The position numbers were made by a program, and so were the translations under genes. A stretch of DNA of 64,000 bases from Mytilus trossulus (taxonomy: Eukaryota). The stretch is taken from assembly GCF_036588685.1 (NCBI RefSeq), contig NC_086374.1:38006001-38070000 (forward strand), given 5' to 3'. The notes under the pieces are model-generated. The model saw only the letters and a program-made list of their open reading frames with translations, had not been told where the DNA came from and ran no database searches. Positions 48,201 through 62,200 of the stretch are shown piece after piece; within the stretch, counting starts at the first letter, position 1; every line of letters begins with the position of its first letter.

Positions 48201-51200
48201 GTTTTTTTGTAAGCAGAATGATAAAGGTGTAAGGAAATTTACAATTTTTAGGTAAGCACATGCATGCCATGTAGAGATCAATGTGGTAATGTGTCCAGAA
48301 CAGTTGGTTGACTATTCCTCTATGGATAGTAACCAACTATTACTTCTATGATATGTGTCTGAATTATTTTCAGTCAATAAGTGCTTAGTATTTTTAATAT
48401 ATAGCTGAGCAATTTTGACCAATGTCCTTGTGGTGGAACCTAACATTACAGGGAGATAACTCTGTAAATATCAGATAAGCGTTTTAATCACATTGTCTTG
48501 TTAAGGAAATATTAAGCTTCTCATTGACCAAAATTACTGTTTGTTAAACTGCTGTAAAACCAATGAAATTTTTCTGATGAAGTGGTTGGTTCAAATTTTT
48601 TGAATATTTATATTTTGTGAAAGGGTCAAAGTAAACATTTTAGACATTAGTTAACTCTTTACAAACATCTTAAAAATCAATTTTTAAAGGCCTTAATAAA
48701 AATAATTAAAAAATTCAATGCAGATGTTTTGGAAGGTAAAAAATTTCTTCAAAATTAGGTAAGATAGGAAATAGTTTAATCTTTAGGGGCAAAAGATGGT
48801 TTGATATCAAACATACAGTTGCTTTAACATCATTTGTGCTCTGGTGGATAGTTCTCATTGACTATCATATCACATCTCATCTCCTTCATAAGTTCCTAAT
48901 GTATCATTATTTCTGATCCGAATCTAGAAGTTTCAATAGATTCCACATTTTAAAACCATTGCAGAAGACATATTACAACTACACTTACATATGCTACTTC
49001 AGTATTGATTGATTTTTGTGTTAAAATGCCACTTTTGGGCTATTTTGTAACAGTCGGTTTTTATTTGTGGAGGAAGCTGATGTGCCCAGAGAAAACAACG
49101 ACCTTCCATAAGAAAACTTACAATCCTAGTCAATTAAGATAGGGTTCGAACTCACTACCGCAGTGTTGACTGGCTAGTGATTACAGTAGTAACCACTTGG
49201 CCAACGAGGCCCTGATACTTTAGTATTATGACATCATAAAGCTTAAAGACAGAATAGTTTAACTTACTTTCAATTTGATCAAGATCTACATCTAGATTTA
49301 ATAACTTTGATTTGAATGTTTTTGCATCTGTAACCACAATTGATGACAACCTTTGATGTTTACCATACTCCTCCCCAAAACCTGCTACAGTAACTATGAC
49401 ATCATTGACCACTGTACTGGCATGACCAATTCTCAAAATACTTGTCAAATTAGAAACAGGTTCTATGGTCACACATGATGGAATGACATGAGAAGAGACA
49501 GAGACATCTTTTGTAAAACCTACAATACAATAGGATTGGTTCTTTCAGAATTAAACAATTAAACGTAATTATATAATGAATAGAAAAATATCTCTTAAAA
49601 AAGTAAATTGATGGTTTCAGTCATACTTGGATAATAATGTATTTGTATTCCTACAACTCTTTGCAGTTTTTAAGTTGTCTATTGATTATACCTTTTGTGT
49701 ATTATTTCTACCAAACCAGCCATTGTTCATTAAACACTTAAGGGAGTTCGCTTCTCAGTTTCAAAATAATAAAACTTTTCAAAACACTAGTTTATATTGA
49801 TTGGGGATTAATAAAGTAATAAAGTGATCTTATCTAGATTCTAGAGTTTCATTATTATCTAATATCCAATGATAGTAATTCTGTAAGATTAACTGTAAGC
49901 ATACAACACCATGTAGTGTGTAATCAAAAATCAGATATCAGTTTAAATCAATACATGGCAATATAGATAAAATTCAGAATTTTTGCTGTAAGCAAACAAC
50001 AATATGTAGTGTGTAAATAAAGTGTTTGTTTTACCTGATAACAGAGATTGACCTGTTTTATTGTAAGCACACAACCCTATGCAGTGTGTAATAAAATTAG
50101 TGTGTAATTTATCTGACAACAGAGATTCACATGTTTTGCTGTAAGCACACAACCCTATGCAGTGTGTAATAAAATTATAGAGTTTAATTTATCTGACAAC
50201 AGAGATTCACATGTTTTGCTGTAAGCACACAACCCTATGCAGTGTGTAATAAAATTAGTGTGTAATTTATCTGACAACAGAGATTCACATGTTTTGCTGT
50301 AAGCACACAACCCTATGCAGTGTGTAATAAAATTAGTGTGTTATTTATCTGACAACAGAGATTCACATGTTTTGCTGTAAGCACACAACACCATGTAGTG
50401 TGTAAATATATTATGTGTTTTACCTGACAGCAGAGATTCACATGTTTTGCTGTAAGCACACAACACCATGTAATGTGTAAATAAAGTGTGTGTTTTACCT
50501 GACAACAAAAATTCACATGTTTTGCTGTAAGCACACAACACCATGTAATGTGTAAATAAAGCGTGTGTTTTACCTGACAACAAAGATTCACTTGTTTTGC
50601 TATAAGCACACAACACCATGTAATGTGCACATTTCAGGTGCCATTCTTCATATTCATCAAAAGGCTCTAACCATTCCACTCTATTTCGTTCTTCTTCAGA
50701 AACTAAGTTATAATAAAATTGATTCATATCCATAGCTTCTGACTGCTCCCAACCCTGTGAAGTATAATTATAACTAATTTAAACTGAATGCGACACATTT
50801 GTATAAATAATTTACTTTTAATGTCAGAAAACTTATTGTGGTCAGGTAAACATGTCAGACCAAATTGAACTCAACGTGTAGTTGAAATATTCCTCATAGT
50901 TAGGAGCAACAACTAAAATCAAATTAATAGCACTGAAAAGATTACTTTTAATTACTTCCAAGAACTTTTTTGCAATGATTCTTAAGAAAAAATATTGAAA
51001 ATCTATTTCTCAAAGTAATGATAAAGATCACCTATTTGCAAATACTATTTATGGATCAACAAATCATTTAAATGACATTACGGGAAACAAACATGAACAT
51101 TTTCATTAAATAATGACTATTTCTTGAAGTTCATGTTATTTTGAGAAACTGGAACTTATTTTGAGGCTCAGTATAAAGGTAGCAGTTTCCTTCTTTTAAG

Positions 51201-54200
51201 AAAATAAATAGCCATTGTAAACAAACCAATGTAACAACTGTACATACTGTTTCTAGGTTAATATTTCATCCTTTCAATGGTCAAAGATAATTTTTCAACT
51301 CACAATTAATTGGCAACATAGCTAATATATCTGACACTTAAACCATCTTGTTTTTGTAAAATTTCAACCTTAGACAACAGATTTGTCTTTGCAACAAATA
51401 AAACACTTGTTTATAATAAAATTTTAACTTACCAACTGTTTAAATCTTTGTAACTGAGAATCCATGGTGGGGAATGCATTGATACATTTTAGAGCTGAAC
51501 CTATAGTTCTGAAATGGTTCTGCATAAATAATCCAAAGGAATCATTTGGGTTTATCTGAAAAAAACAAAAAACAAATATATAACTGCTACAAAATACTAT
51601 GTTAACAAACCAGTATTGGTGTTAGTAATAGCCAATGACCATGAATTCTCAGGGCACTTTTTATCATTTCTATTGCCTTAACCAAATGTATATAACTATG
51701 ACTCAAATGAGCAATAGTACATATCATACATAATTCATAATATTTATTTTTGTATTATTATAAAGTTATGTTGCAGTAACATGAAAAAGTGATAGATTTG
51801 TATCAGGAACTTTTTTCATGTTTATGAGTTTTTTTTAAATTTATGATAAGTTTTAAATGTCATTTGTCCAAATATAGCAATTGATGCAGAACTACATTCT
51901 AAAGTATAAAATATTGTTGAATTTGTTTATAACCTCTAACCCCTAACTTCCTCCATCTATCAAATATCAAATTCTTTGATTCTACCAAACATCAAACATG
52001 TGTAGAAATAAAACGTTTAAAATGCCTCATGATCATTTCAAATTGCAGACAAGAACTGATATAAGACCATCAACACAAAATACTATGTTGTTTAAATACA
52101 TAAATAAGGCTATTAGTTTTCTCAGTTGAAATGTTTAACATTGTCATTTCAGGGCCTTTTATAGCTGACTATGTGGTATGGGCTTTGTTCATTGTTGAAG
52201 GCCGTACATAGACCTATAGTTGTTAATTTCTGTGTCATTTGGTCTCTTGTGGAGAGTTGCCTCATTGGCTATCATACCATGTTGTCTTTTTCATACATCA
52301 AGTCTCTAACCTGTTCATATAATACAAAAGTAGAGTTGGTAAATGTTTCAGATGCCCACTGGATCACATTTGAGGAACTGAAATAGAAATTGAATCAATG
52401 TACATTACAAAAGAGAAACACTGGATTTAAATCACAAGCATTGACAAGTATTAATTGTAACTAAAGGAAAACTTATTTTGAAATGATATTCATCAACATA
52501 TTAAGGGTATCAAAATGGTTCAGAACTTTTAAATTCAAATTAAATAAATCTTGAAAATCATTACAAACAACTTGTTACAACTTTTGTTTTACATCTAATA
52601 TTTCAAATAGGAGGATTTTTAATGATCAGACAACATAATATTTACCATCTTTTTGTCATGTAGGTCAACACACATTCTGATAGCAGCAAAGTTGGATAAT
52701 CAAAATTTATACCACATATTTTCAATAAGGCTTCCAATGTATTATGCTGGGTCAAATCCACACCTAGCAACTTATATCCGTCTGTGTTTATTTCTGGAAA
52801 TAACAATAAGAAGTTGTACTAATGACCATTGCTAATTAATTGTACCCTCAATCAATGATGTTGGCAAGCAGGAAGCAGAATATTTAAGGAACTTACAATG
52901 TTGAACTGAGGAAGGTATAACCAGGTGATGCTGATTGCCATACATATATTAAGAATGTATATGACTAGTAGTTGCAGATTAAAATGTGACAAAAGTTTCA
53001 TATATTTGCATGACATTTTGAACAAGAATGTGTCCCCAGTACACGGATGCCCCATCCGCACTATCATTTTCTATGTTCAGTGGACCGTGAAAATAGGGTA
53101 AAATCTCTAATTTGGCATTAAAATTAGAAAGATCATACCATAAAGAACATGTGTACTAAGTTTCAAGTTGATTGGACTTCAACTTCATCAAAAACTACCT
53201 CTACCAAAAACTTTAACCTGAAGTGGAACAGATGGATGAACGAACAGACGGACGAACGAACAGACCAGAAAACATAATGCTGATAAATTGGGCATAAAAA
53301 TAGAAATTACAAAATCTCATTCAGAAAGATAAGGTTACAATAAAAATATAAGAGATATTTTGTATTTGGTATTGTCAGAGATAAGAAAACTTAAAGCATG
53401 AAAACCATGAGACAAGAACATTTTGTAACTTTTAAATGTAGAACCTAAATTAAACTGTTGTACCTATGTTTTGGATTTTGTCAAAAATGTATGTAGTATT
53501 TTTTTTGTCACTAATTGATACAACATTTTCCTTATTGTTTTTTATTGTTTATGATCCTCAAAATGGTTCAAACAGAAAACTTTTAGTAAAAGTGGACACA
53601 ACTCTTTATAAAGATTGGAGACAACTCACAGGTACAGAAAACTTACCAATCAAGGGATCTTCTTTCTCTGACTGTGTGAAATATCCTGATATCAAACTAT
53701 TCAGGGTAGAGTTTGTACTGATCACAGTGTGTTTTCTCTTTACTACATCACAAAAATCTATCTGTAAAAATAAATAAATATGTATGTCCTGCACAAAAAT
53801 ATCAGTTCGTAACTGTTTAACTATGCAATACATGTACAATAGAAAGGGAAAAGGGAAATCGACTGATGTCATCTGCTCTTTGGTAGGGTTGTTATCTCTT
53901 TGACATATTCCATATTTCCATACTCAATTTTATGGTAACTCTTACTATTTTGGCAAATTTGGGGTTGTTTATACTTGTCTTGAAAGTGAAGGCATCTCTC
54001 AAAATAGAGGACAAGATGGTGGACTTTTAGATATTTTAGTTTTTATGAATTATACTTATGGTTCTGTAAAATCTTCTTTTCTTACCTTATTCTTTAAAAC
54101 TTACCTCACAGAACATAACATCATCAATAAGTCCTTGAGATTTTAATCTGAAGTAAGCTGAATCAAACCCTGCACCTATTGATAAAATCTGAAAATAAAT

Positions 54201-57200
54201 AGATAAATCTGAATCAAATCCTGCACCTAATGAAAATCAATAGACAAATCTGAAACAAACACTGCACCTAATGATATAAATTGCTTCGCTCAGCACAGAT
54301 TGATACAAACGCAGAGGTCCAACCCTGAATAGTTGGGGCAAAAAGGAAATGGACACAATATTAGCACTTGAAACATGTCTGAATTTGGATTGTAATTAAA
54401 TATTTGACACATAAAAGGTTTCTGACATAGAATAATTGTAGTCAAAGAACTTAGATTTTGTTATAGGATTTGAAATTATATTCATTTTTTTGCTTTTGTG
54501 CAATACACTATGCTGTTGCAAATTTCTTGTCTATTCATTTACTATATTTTCTTGAAATGCTGATTATTTTATTACTACCTCCTACAGGCTGATTATTTTA
54601 TTACTACCTCCTATAGTTTTCCAAGTTTTAAATTGACCGCAAAAAGAGTGAAAATATATATTTCAGGGGCAATTACTCATTAACAGGATGACATATTTCC
54701 CTAATATTTGAAGGGTTAATAGATCTTGTTGTGCTTATCATTTTTGCAGTTTACTTATTTAACCTAGCTTATACATTATTCACAATAATGTTCAGCCAAA
54801 AATTGCAAAAAAAAATAAAATTCAGAGGAAACAGACAGGTACATTTTTCTCAAATTTCAAAATAAGGTAAATTGTTTAATGATAGAACAATGCACATTCA
54901 AAAAAAGGTAAAAAGGCACTCTACAAAAAAAATATTGGTATATATGAAATATAATCACATAAATAATACCCTCTAAAAGAGTGACCTCGCCTACTGAAAG
55001 AAAAATAAAAGTATTTGGTTTAACTGGTATAGAGATCATTCATTCTCGTATCTATTTAATACCTGTTTCTTTTTAGAATCGGATGATAGAAATTTCTTCA
55101 GTAAAAAGTCTATGGCTGTTGCTCTGATGAAGTATCCCCTGGAAAATACAAAATGAGGTTTTAATCTACAATTCTGTATTCTGTATTCTGTAGTCACTTT
55201 ATTCCTAATTTTAAACAAAGTGTAGCATACACCCTGTGTTTGGAATCATAAAGATCCTATAAATGTAGTTCTTACTTAGATGACCCACCATCACCATTTT
55301 AAATTGCAACACACATGTTTTATTGATACAGGGGTAAAATATTACAACATGAATGTCAGCTTTATCATCTAACCATATTGGAATACCAATGACCATAAAT
55401 GATTCTCCTGATTTATAAACATTATACTTATGACATCTATCTTCATGTTCCTTTATTACTTTTCCTAAATGCTAATGTAACTTTATTATCTACATTTCTA
55501 AAAAAAATAATAATTTGTAATAGGAATTTAATCAAAAAGTCAATACATTTTGTACAATGCAATAAGAATATTTTAGATAGTTTCCGGCAAAACTTAGATT
55601 TTTGGAAGATGTCTTCATGATCACTTTTGCTTTTTTAAAGGTCTATACCTACTACAGGATCTAAATAAAACATGTAAAAATAAATCAATTTTGTCCTTCA
55701 AGGGTAATTACTCCTAAATGGAGTTGACTGAAGTAAACAGATGTACATCGTCATATTAATTTACATAACTGCTTTTTTTTTCTGATGACTTTTTTAGCGA
55801 ACTAGTTTCTCTATATCTTTTAATGCAAATTCTGGGCCAGGTGTCGGAGCTAAAATCAGATTTTCACCTAACAAACAAACAATGTATGGTGTAAAAACAT
55901 CTTCAATAGGTAAAAGTGAATAACATGACCAACATTCTACAGCTGATGGTAATGATCATAGATTTTCTTTAGCAATACATTTAACTAACAATTTTCTCAA
56001 AATTAGAATATAATTAGAAAAAGATTAAGATTATAAATAAAATGAGATATACATTAGTACCTGAACCATTAATCCATTATATATTTCAGAAACAAATTAT
56101 AAATGTATGGTACCACAAATGCTTCAAATGCTCATTCTTAAATGGTAATAACAATTTTCTCTAATAACATAAAATTTAAAAAAAATTAAGCTGTAGAAAA
56201 TTTAACCATAAAGTAAAACTGGTTTCGTTTATGACTTTGACAAATTGAAAGATAAACACTTAACAGTGAATAATAAAAGTCTTGTCATCTGTTGCAATAT
56301 CCTTTATTTGTAGATTTCGATTGAATAATTTCACAACTGTCACTTGAATACCTTTGCAACATATTGTCATCATCATAGTAAACAAACTTATTATTATAAC
56401 TTTAGCAATCAGAAAAATAATACCAATAACATTGTCCTAAATAAGATAAGCTAGAACATGTAGGATCTTTGCATTATTGAAACATAAAAAGACAGAATAA
56501 CTAAATTCTTGCTAATTGGGCTAGAAAATGCTAGTCTTAAAGACTGTAAAGCATACTGCATAAATATGAATAAAAATGTGTACCGGTACATCTATTGAAA
56601 AAGGTTTTATCTAAACATGTGGTTGCATAGATCTCCATGTTCATTTGTCATGTTAATTGTATCTGTGAGCAAAAGAGGGGAGGTGGTCTGGGGTTGGAAC
56701 ACCCTTTTCTAGGACGATCAATGCATTTGAATGGGGACATATGGTTGGAACCCAGCCTTTTTAAAATGGCTGGATCTGCCCTGAAAATTGTTTTCTAATA
56801 TTTCAGTAATACATGTAATAAATGCGTCAAATGATTCATTCTATTAATTCTTTCAGGTGGTCATGGATGGCTACCCCATATCCTTTCATTTCTTTTCTAT
56901 CATAATAAACATTTACCTGTTAATTAATGGAGACCTCTTTGCTGTCTTGGAAACAAACTCTTTCAAGAATGGATCATTGAAGTAACCAGCCGTTGCCATG
57001 GAACACTTACTAACAATAGAACTGTCATTTGTTCCTTGAACCTGAATAATAGAATTGGTGGCATGATCATGATGATACAGGTTGTGGTCTTCTCTATCTT
57101 ACGATGGTATGATACTAAACACCTAACAGGAGGGATTGTGCTTGATTTTCATTTGATAAAGACATAATCTTTTAATTAGTTTACAATTGAGGTCTGAAGC

Positions 57201-59027
57201 TAGCCCGGCATGTCAGTAACTGCTAGTAGCTCTTTGCTAATCTATGTATCCTTGTCATTTTGCTTCTACTTTTCTAGCATTGGATTCAGACATCTCTTAA
57301 ACAGAGATTCACTGTGTGTATTGCTGTGTGTTTGTTCATTCTACATCGACTAGAGGTATAGCTGAGATTTGAGACCTCACAAAACATTTTTAACTTAGCA
57401 ACATTTTTTATGTCCATGATGTCTGTCTCAAATCAGAAGCCTCTAGCATTTGTTAGTGTCTTGTATGTTTTTTTTAAAAAAAAATAAAAATTTTGGTTCA
57501 TTTGTATGTTTCTGAGTTAAGTGTGACGTCCATTTTCACTGATCAAGTACGCATCTTTATTTCGGGGCCAGCTGAAGTCCATCTTTCTCGCTTTGATGAA
57601 GACCCATTGGTGGCCTTATGTGGTTGGTCAAGTTGTTGTCTCTTTACCATGTTAACACATTCCCTGTTTCCATTCTTAATTTTATGGAAATAGTATAATT
57701 TTGCATACAGAATATTTATGATACCTTTGAATAAAATTATTATAGATCTACATGAATGCCCCATACTGCATATTAAATCATTTGTATTCTATCAGGTTGG
57801 CTACAACACACCTCCCCATATAATTTAATCCTTCAATTTAGTGATCATTTGATAAATGCAAAAACAAAATGTTCTTACATTTTACCTGACTTTTTTTAAA
57901 ACTTAAAATGGGATACAATCATAAAAAATGCAGCAACTTTTCAAATAGATAAGTAGCCTATACCTGGTTCACTGAAAAGTAAACAGTGGATGACAAACGT
58001 GTTTAAGGTAATTACTTAAAAAAAAATTAGAGTTTCATGTATGGTTCTTAGAAAGAAGAAGTTATTTCATTTTAAGCATTTAATTTCAAATGATTACTTA
58101 AATGTTAAAATAGATATAAATATTTTACTTTAAATAAATTACACATTTTGGTATAAAAATCTTTAATTGACTTAATACTTTTTAAGTTTTATCAAAATAA
58201 TTCTGTAACTACTAAATAATACAGTCTACTATGAATAGAGCTTCTCTTACTCAGAAATATCAATATAATTAGTAGAATTTTCGTCCAACGGGATCGCCGT
58301 TTTTTATTTCACGTTCCACATGTTTTTACTTCTTTTTTTACGTTCAGTCGTGCAAGACGGGTGCCTCGTTCAACATGTTCTGCTAATTTAATTTTACGTG
58401 CATCGTGATTTTAAAAGTGTTATTTTGCGTGCTCAGTATTTTTCAAATAAAATTCAAACACTTTGCAGGGATCATCTCAATTTTTTTTAAAATCTGTATT
58501 ATAAATGTGTATACTAAATCGGGAATATCAAGTAAAACAAAGAGTTGATATATACAAGAAGGCAGTGATTCAGTCACAAAAAGGTTGACATAATAGTATT
58601 CATTTTTCGTGCAACGTTCATTACAGAAATTATTTCACGTTCAACGTGAAATTATGTCTTACTTCATGTTTTTGTTCGTGCAAGCACCCCCCCCCCCCCC
58701 TCATATAATCAAGATAAAAATTTATAAATATTTAAAAAAATATTATCGACCTTTTTTCTCTTTTTTAAATATTTTTTTTAAATTGAGGCCGAATCGACTT
58801 TCAACCATGGGCCGAACTGTCGAATCGACATGAAGATTTTTTTCAGAAATAAATTTCTGACGATGATGTGTATCAAATTATACATAAAGGCTACAGCCGT
58901 ACAGGAACAGAACACAAGTTAAGTGTACAGTGTAGAGAAGGGAAGTTGTTGTTTAAAACGGAGCATAATTATTTACCGCTGTTTCCCTTCTACTTTTACC
59001 ACTTTTGAATTTCTTCTGTTGTTCCAT
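42239..59027 (-). CDS. LCMT2: tRNA wybutosine-synthesizing protein 4 / leucine carboxyl methyltransferase 2 (LCM domain plus Kelch repeats), 15 exons, 861 aa
   Basis: Minus-strand exons: 58977-59027, 56917-57041 ([14 protein letters not shown]...RSPLINR), 55063-55138 (GYFIRA), 54105-54188 ([15 protein letters not shown]), 53647-53761, 52646-52793 (LLGVDL...[13 protein letters not shown]), 52311-52377 (FVLYEQ), 51433-51555, 50574-50754 ([16 protein letters not shown]), 49268-49519, 47108-47857 (PRWRHSA), 46446-46543 (VYGGR), 44214-44395, 43458-43587 (RYSHTA), 42239-42442 ([14 protein letters not shown]). All GT-AG with consistent phases; total 2586 nt. Confidence 0.95.
44758..46291 (+). mobile_element. 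PIF/Harbinger-like non-autonomous element in LCMT2 intron 12, carrying a 140-codon ORF
   Basis: Imperfect ~32-bp TIR (GGCCATAGTTGTTTTTTTATTTGTTTTGCGTC vs GGCCGTGTCTGTTTTTTTCTTTGTTTTGTGTC); TAA on both flanks; ORF 44999-45421. Confidence 0.72.
49880..50627 (-). repeat. 75-80-bp tandem repeat (~10 units) spanning the LCMT2 exon 9 / intron 9 boundary
   Basis: Unit landmarks (acctga/atctga) at 50572, 50497, 50422, 50347, 50269, 50191, 50111 and 50033, with degenerate units down to ~49880. Confidence 0.95.
53021..53300 (+). mobile_element. HINE/Helentron-like repeat, apparently complete copy, in LCMT2 intron 5
   Basis: Closely matches 37160-37454 and the reverse complement of 24538-25153. Confidence 0.7.
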
Positions 59028-59263
59028 CGTGGCCTATACACAAATCAGGCTATTCAGACCATTCGTTACTTTCCCTTTGCGGAAGAAAAATAAAGAGAAC
59101 ACCGAAAGTAGACATCCCAAAAGCGCTTAAAATTAAGTCATTTTACAATAGCTCTGAAGTAAAGCATCAAAGTGACGTTGATGTCAACAATATGGATGCC
59201 AAATTTTCAGCATAATTTTTGACAGATTTATTTTCATGAAAGTCTCAAACATTAGTGATTATC
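59028..59263. promoter_or_regulatory. Bidirectional promoter shared by LCMT2 and MINDY3
   Basis: Divergent ATGs at 59027 (-) and 59264 (+) are 236 bp apart; ETS-like GCGGAAG near 59079 and half-CRE TGACG at 59173. Confidence 0.75.
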
Positions 59264-62200
59264 ATGGCTACCACATCAGGAAAACTCGACGAAGACACGT
59301 TGATGACATTAAAAAACATTATATGGGGAACAGATATCAAAGATGAAGTGTTTAAAAGATGGACACAGGGTATTTATGTTCAGAGTGTGTCAAAACAAAA
59401 ACAAAAGTGAAACTAGGTTTAGACGTTCGAATGTAATTCAAGTACTGACTCTTTGCATTTTTTATTCACTATATTGATATGGGATATCGTGTAACTGATG
59501 ACTTACACAATAAATTATATAGCAGTACAATTTCTTCTGGTCACTTTTCACAATTGGGACTCTCTTAGACTTAGTCCAAATAATTACTCTTTAATCTCTC
59601 TTACCCCAAATAATTACATGTATGACGTCTTGCAAGATGTCATAATTATGTTGAGTAAGACCCCCTATGATGCCTTATGGCCTTAAATCATGCATGAGTC
59701 TCTGGACTCGCCTTCAAAAGTGCTTTGTGAAAACCCAGCAGGTCCATATGATTTCACTGTATCCTCAAAAATATTTAGCTGGACCTGGACACTGGAACAG
59801 GTCCTGTCAGAAAAACCCAAACTGACCTATCCATGTAATAACAGGCATATATTTTTTTTAAAACATTTATGTACAAGATATATTGACATGCTTTACAAAT
59901 ATTGTTTTAAAGGAGATTGTTTTTATTTTTGTTCATCAATGTAACGTAATATTACTGAAAAATTCTATCTTTTAAATTGTATATACATGTACACCAAGTT
60001 GTTTTTCTTGCAGCTTTTGAAAAGGGCAGGTTAATCTCTTCTCAGAGGGCAAAAAACACATACATATATTATAGTCAAAGATATGACTGAGTGCAGAAGA
60101 TACAAAAATGTAGATATTTCTAGCTGTTTTCATGGTTTTTTTTTACACAATCAGAGTTAAAATGAAGAATTACAACATTCAAATGCCAGGTAAACAGCAT
60201 TTGAATAACTAATTTGGCTATTAAACATAAGCCACTACAGATGAATAGCAATTTCATTTATGCAGAAATGAAATTTCAAGTTTTACGGTTGAGCATATAT
60301 GTGACGTGAAGGAAAAGCACAGATTATATATAATATATTTACATTTCTTTTCATTTACTCTAGTTTATTTTCAGGATTTGTATTTAGTGAAGATGAACCA
60401 ACAGCATTGGTACAATTCGATGGAGGTCCATGTGCAGTTATTGCACCTGTTCAAGGTTACATAATAAGACAAGCTCTGTTTACTGAGAATCCTGTCGATA
60501 ATTTATCTACATTAACAGGTAAGCAAAATTTATACCTTTGTAAGAATTAAGAAAATAAATAAAAGTTTCATGTAGACAAATAAGTAGATATAAAATTAAA
60601 GGATGAGGTATGTTGAGTGCCAATGAGACAATTGCAACTCTCCATTCAAGTCACAATTTATAAAAGTAAACCATTATACCACCAAAGTATGGTCTTCAAC
60701 GCAGAGCTTTGGCTCACACTGAACAGCAAGCTAAAAAGGACCCCCAAAAATTACTAGTGTAAAAGCATTCAAAAGCCATGAATTTACGGAGTGTTTTAAG
60801 AAATAGATTTAGATATAAACTTGAATTCACAGTTACATGTAACATGGTTAAAGCCCAAGTCAGCAAGCAAAAAATCCTTTGACTACTATGATGAGCTTTT
60901 TATAATCTGAAAATACTATGAATAGAGCAAAAATATAAGATTTCTTTTAAATAAACATTCACATGATCAAGAGAGAAACGTTAACATGCCCTTCATTTTA
61001 GAATTTTTCATCATTGGCTGTAAGTCCTAGCTGGAAACTAAAAGTTGAATCGCACATGTTTAATCCATCTTCATTCTTTATTTGTCTGTCCCAAACCAAG
61101 AGAGCCTGTAGTTCAGTGCAAGTTGTTGTCATATTTGGTTTTGTAGGCAGGCCGAGTTGATAATTCTAAAAATTAATGTTGCTTTAATACAGCAATCGCT
61201 CTTTCATACATCATATATATATAACGTAATAAACGTTACCAACAGCAGTGTCGTCAAGGGCATTGTTAAAACGCCGCCTGAAGATTACCAGAAGGCATGA
61301 AAGCGCTAGTGACAATATTTTAATGAACTGTTGTTATTTGATGTGAAATATAGTTTGCGAATTTAAAAATTTTATTATATATATATGTTGTTTTCATGCA
61401 AAATGAAAGGAAATGATTTTTTTCAGCCTGTATAAGATCAACGTTTGAATGAATTTCAGACCTACAATGTATAATGAGTATTGTAAAAAAAAGGCCCTAT
61501 TTCTTAAAAATAGTTTGTATGAAATAAATACTGAATAATACATGACACTCACTGAAGATAAAGTAGAGGTTCTTCATCCAAAATTACTTTACTAAAATTC
61601 AGGGCAAATGTCAAACTACAAATCAAATGTCCATCTTTTTACAGAGGAAAAGGCTAATGAACTGTTAGGATCAGCCCTAGTAGAAATCATGTTGGAAGTT
61701 TCATCTAAATCTGGTGTCTTTTCCGTAATCTACTTAGAGGATGATAAAAATGACGACGATACAAATAAAGATGAAAGTTGTAGTACATCAAAGGAAAACA
61801 GTGAGACGAAAAACGGCGAAAGTTGTGCCAAACGTCCTAAATTAGATGCAGACTTATTCCATACTAGAATAAGGTAATTTAAATTAAAATTTGAATAAAT
61901 AATATGTACTTGTAATTATACAGAATCAAAATGTGTTATGGTACATGTAAGAGGTATGCTAATGGACTGTTGTTGATCTTTTATAACTATAAAAAAAAAC
62001 TTCTTTTCATTGAATGTTTAATATTATTGAGAACTCAATGTTTACTAAACAAAAGAGTTCCATTCTGCAATAAGATTGTATGAGCTAGGTTTATTTATGC
62101 ATATATAATAGCCAAGAATCATTGTTTTATTATAAAATATGAAATCAGCCATCTTAAAACCCTTTCCTCCATAGTGACACCTTTTGACGCCACCCCCTTT

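Noticed and set aside
49880-50627. Regularly spaced repeat array as a possible CRISPR
   Set aside because: Units are contiguous with no unique spacers, the context is eukaryotic, and the unit derives from an LCMT2 exon end.
55123-55130. CTGATGA as another hammerhead core
   Set aside because: It lies antisense within an LCMT2 coding exon and has no flanking stems.
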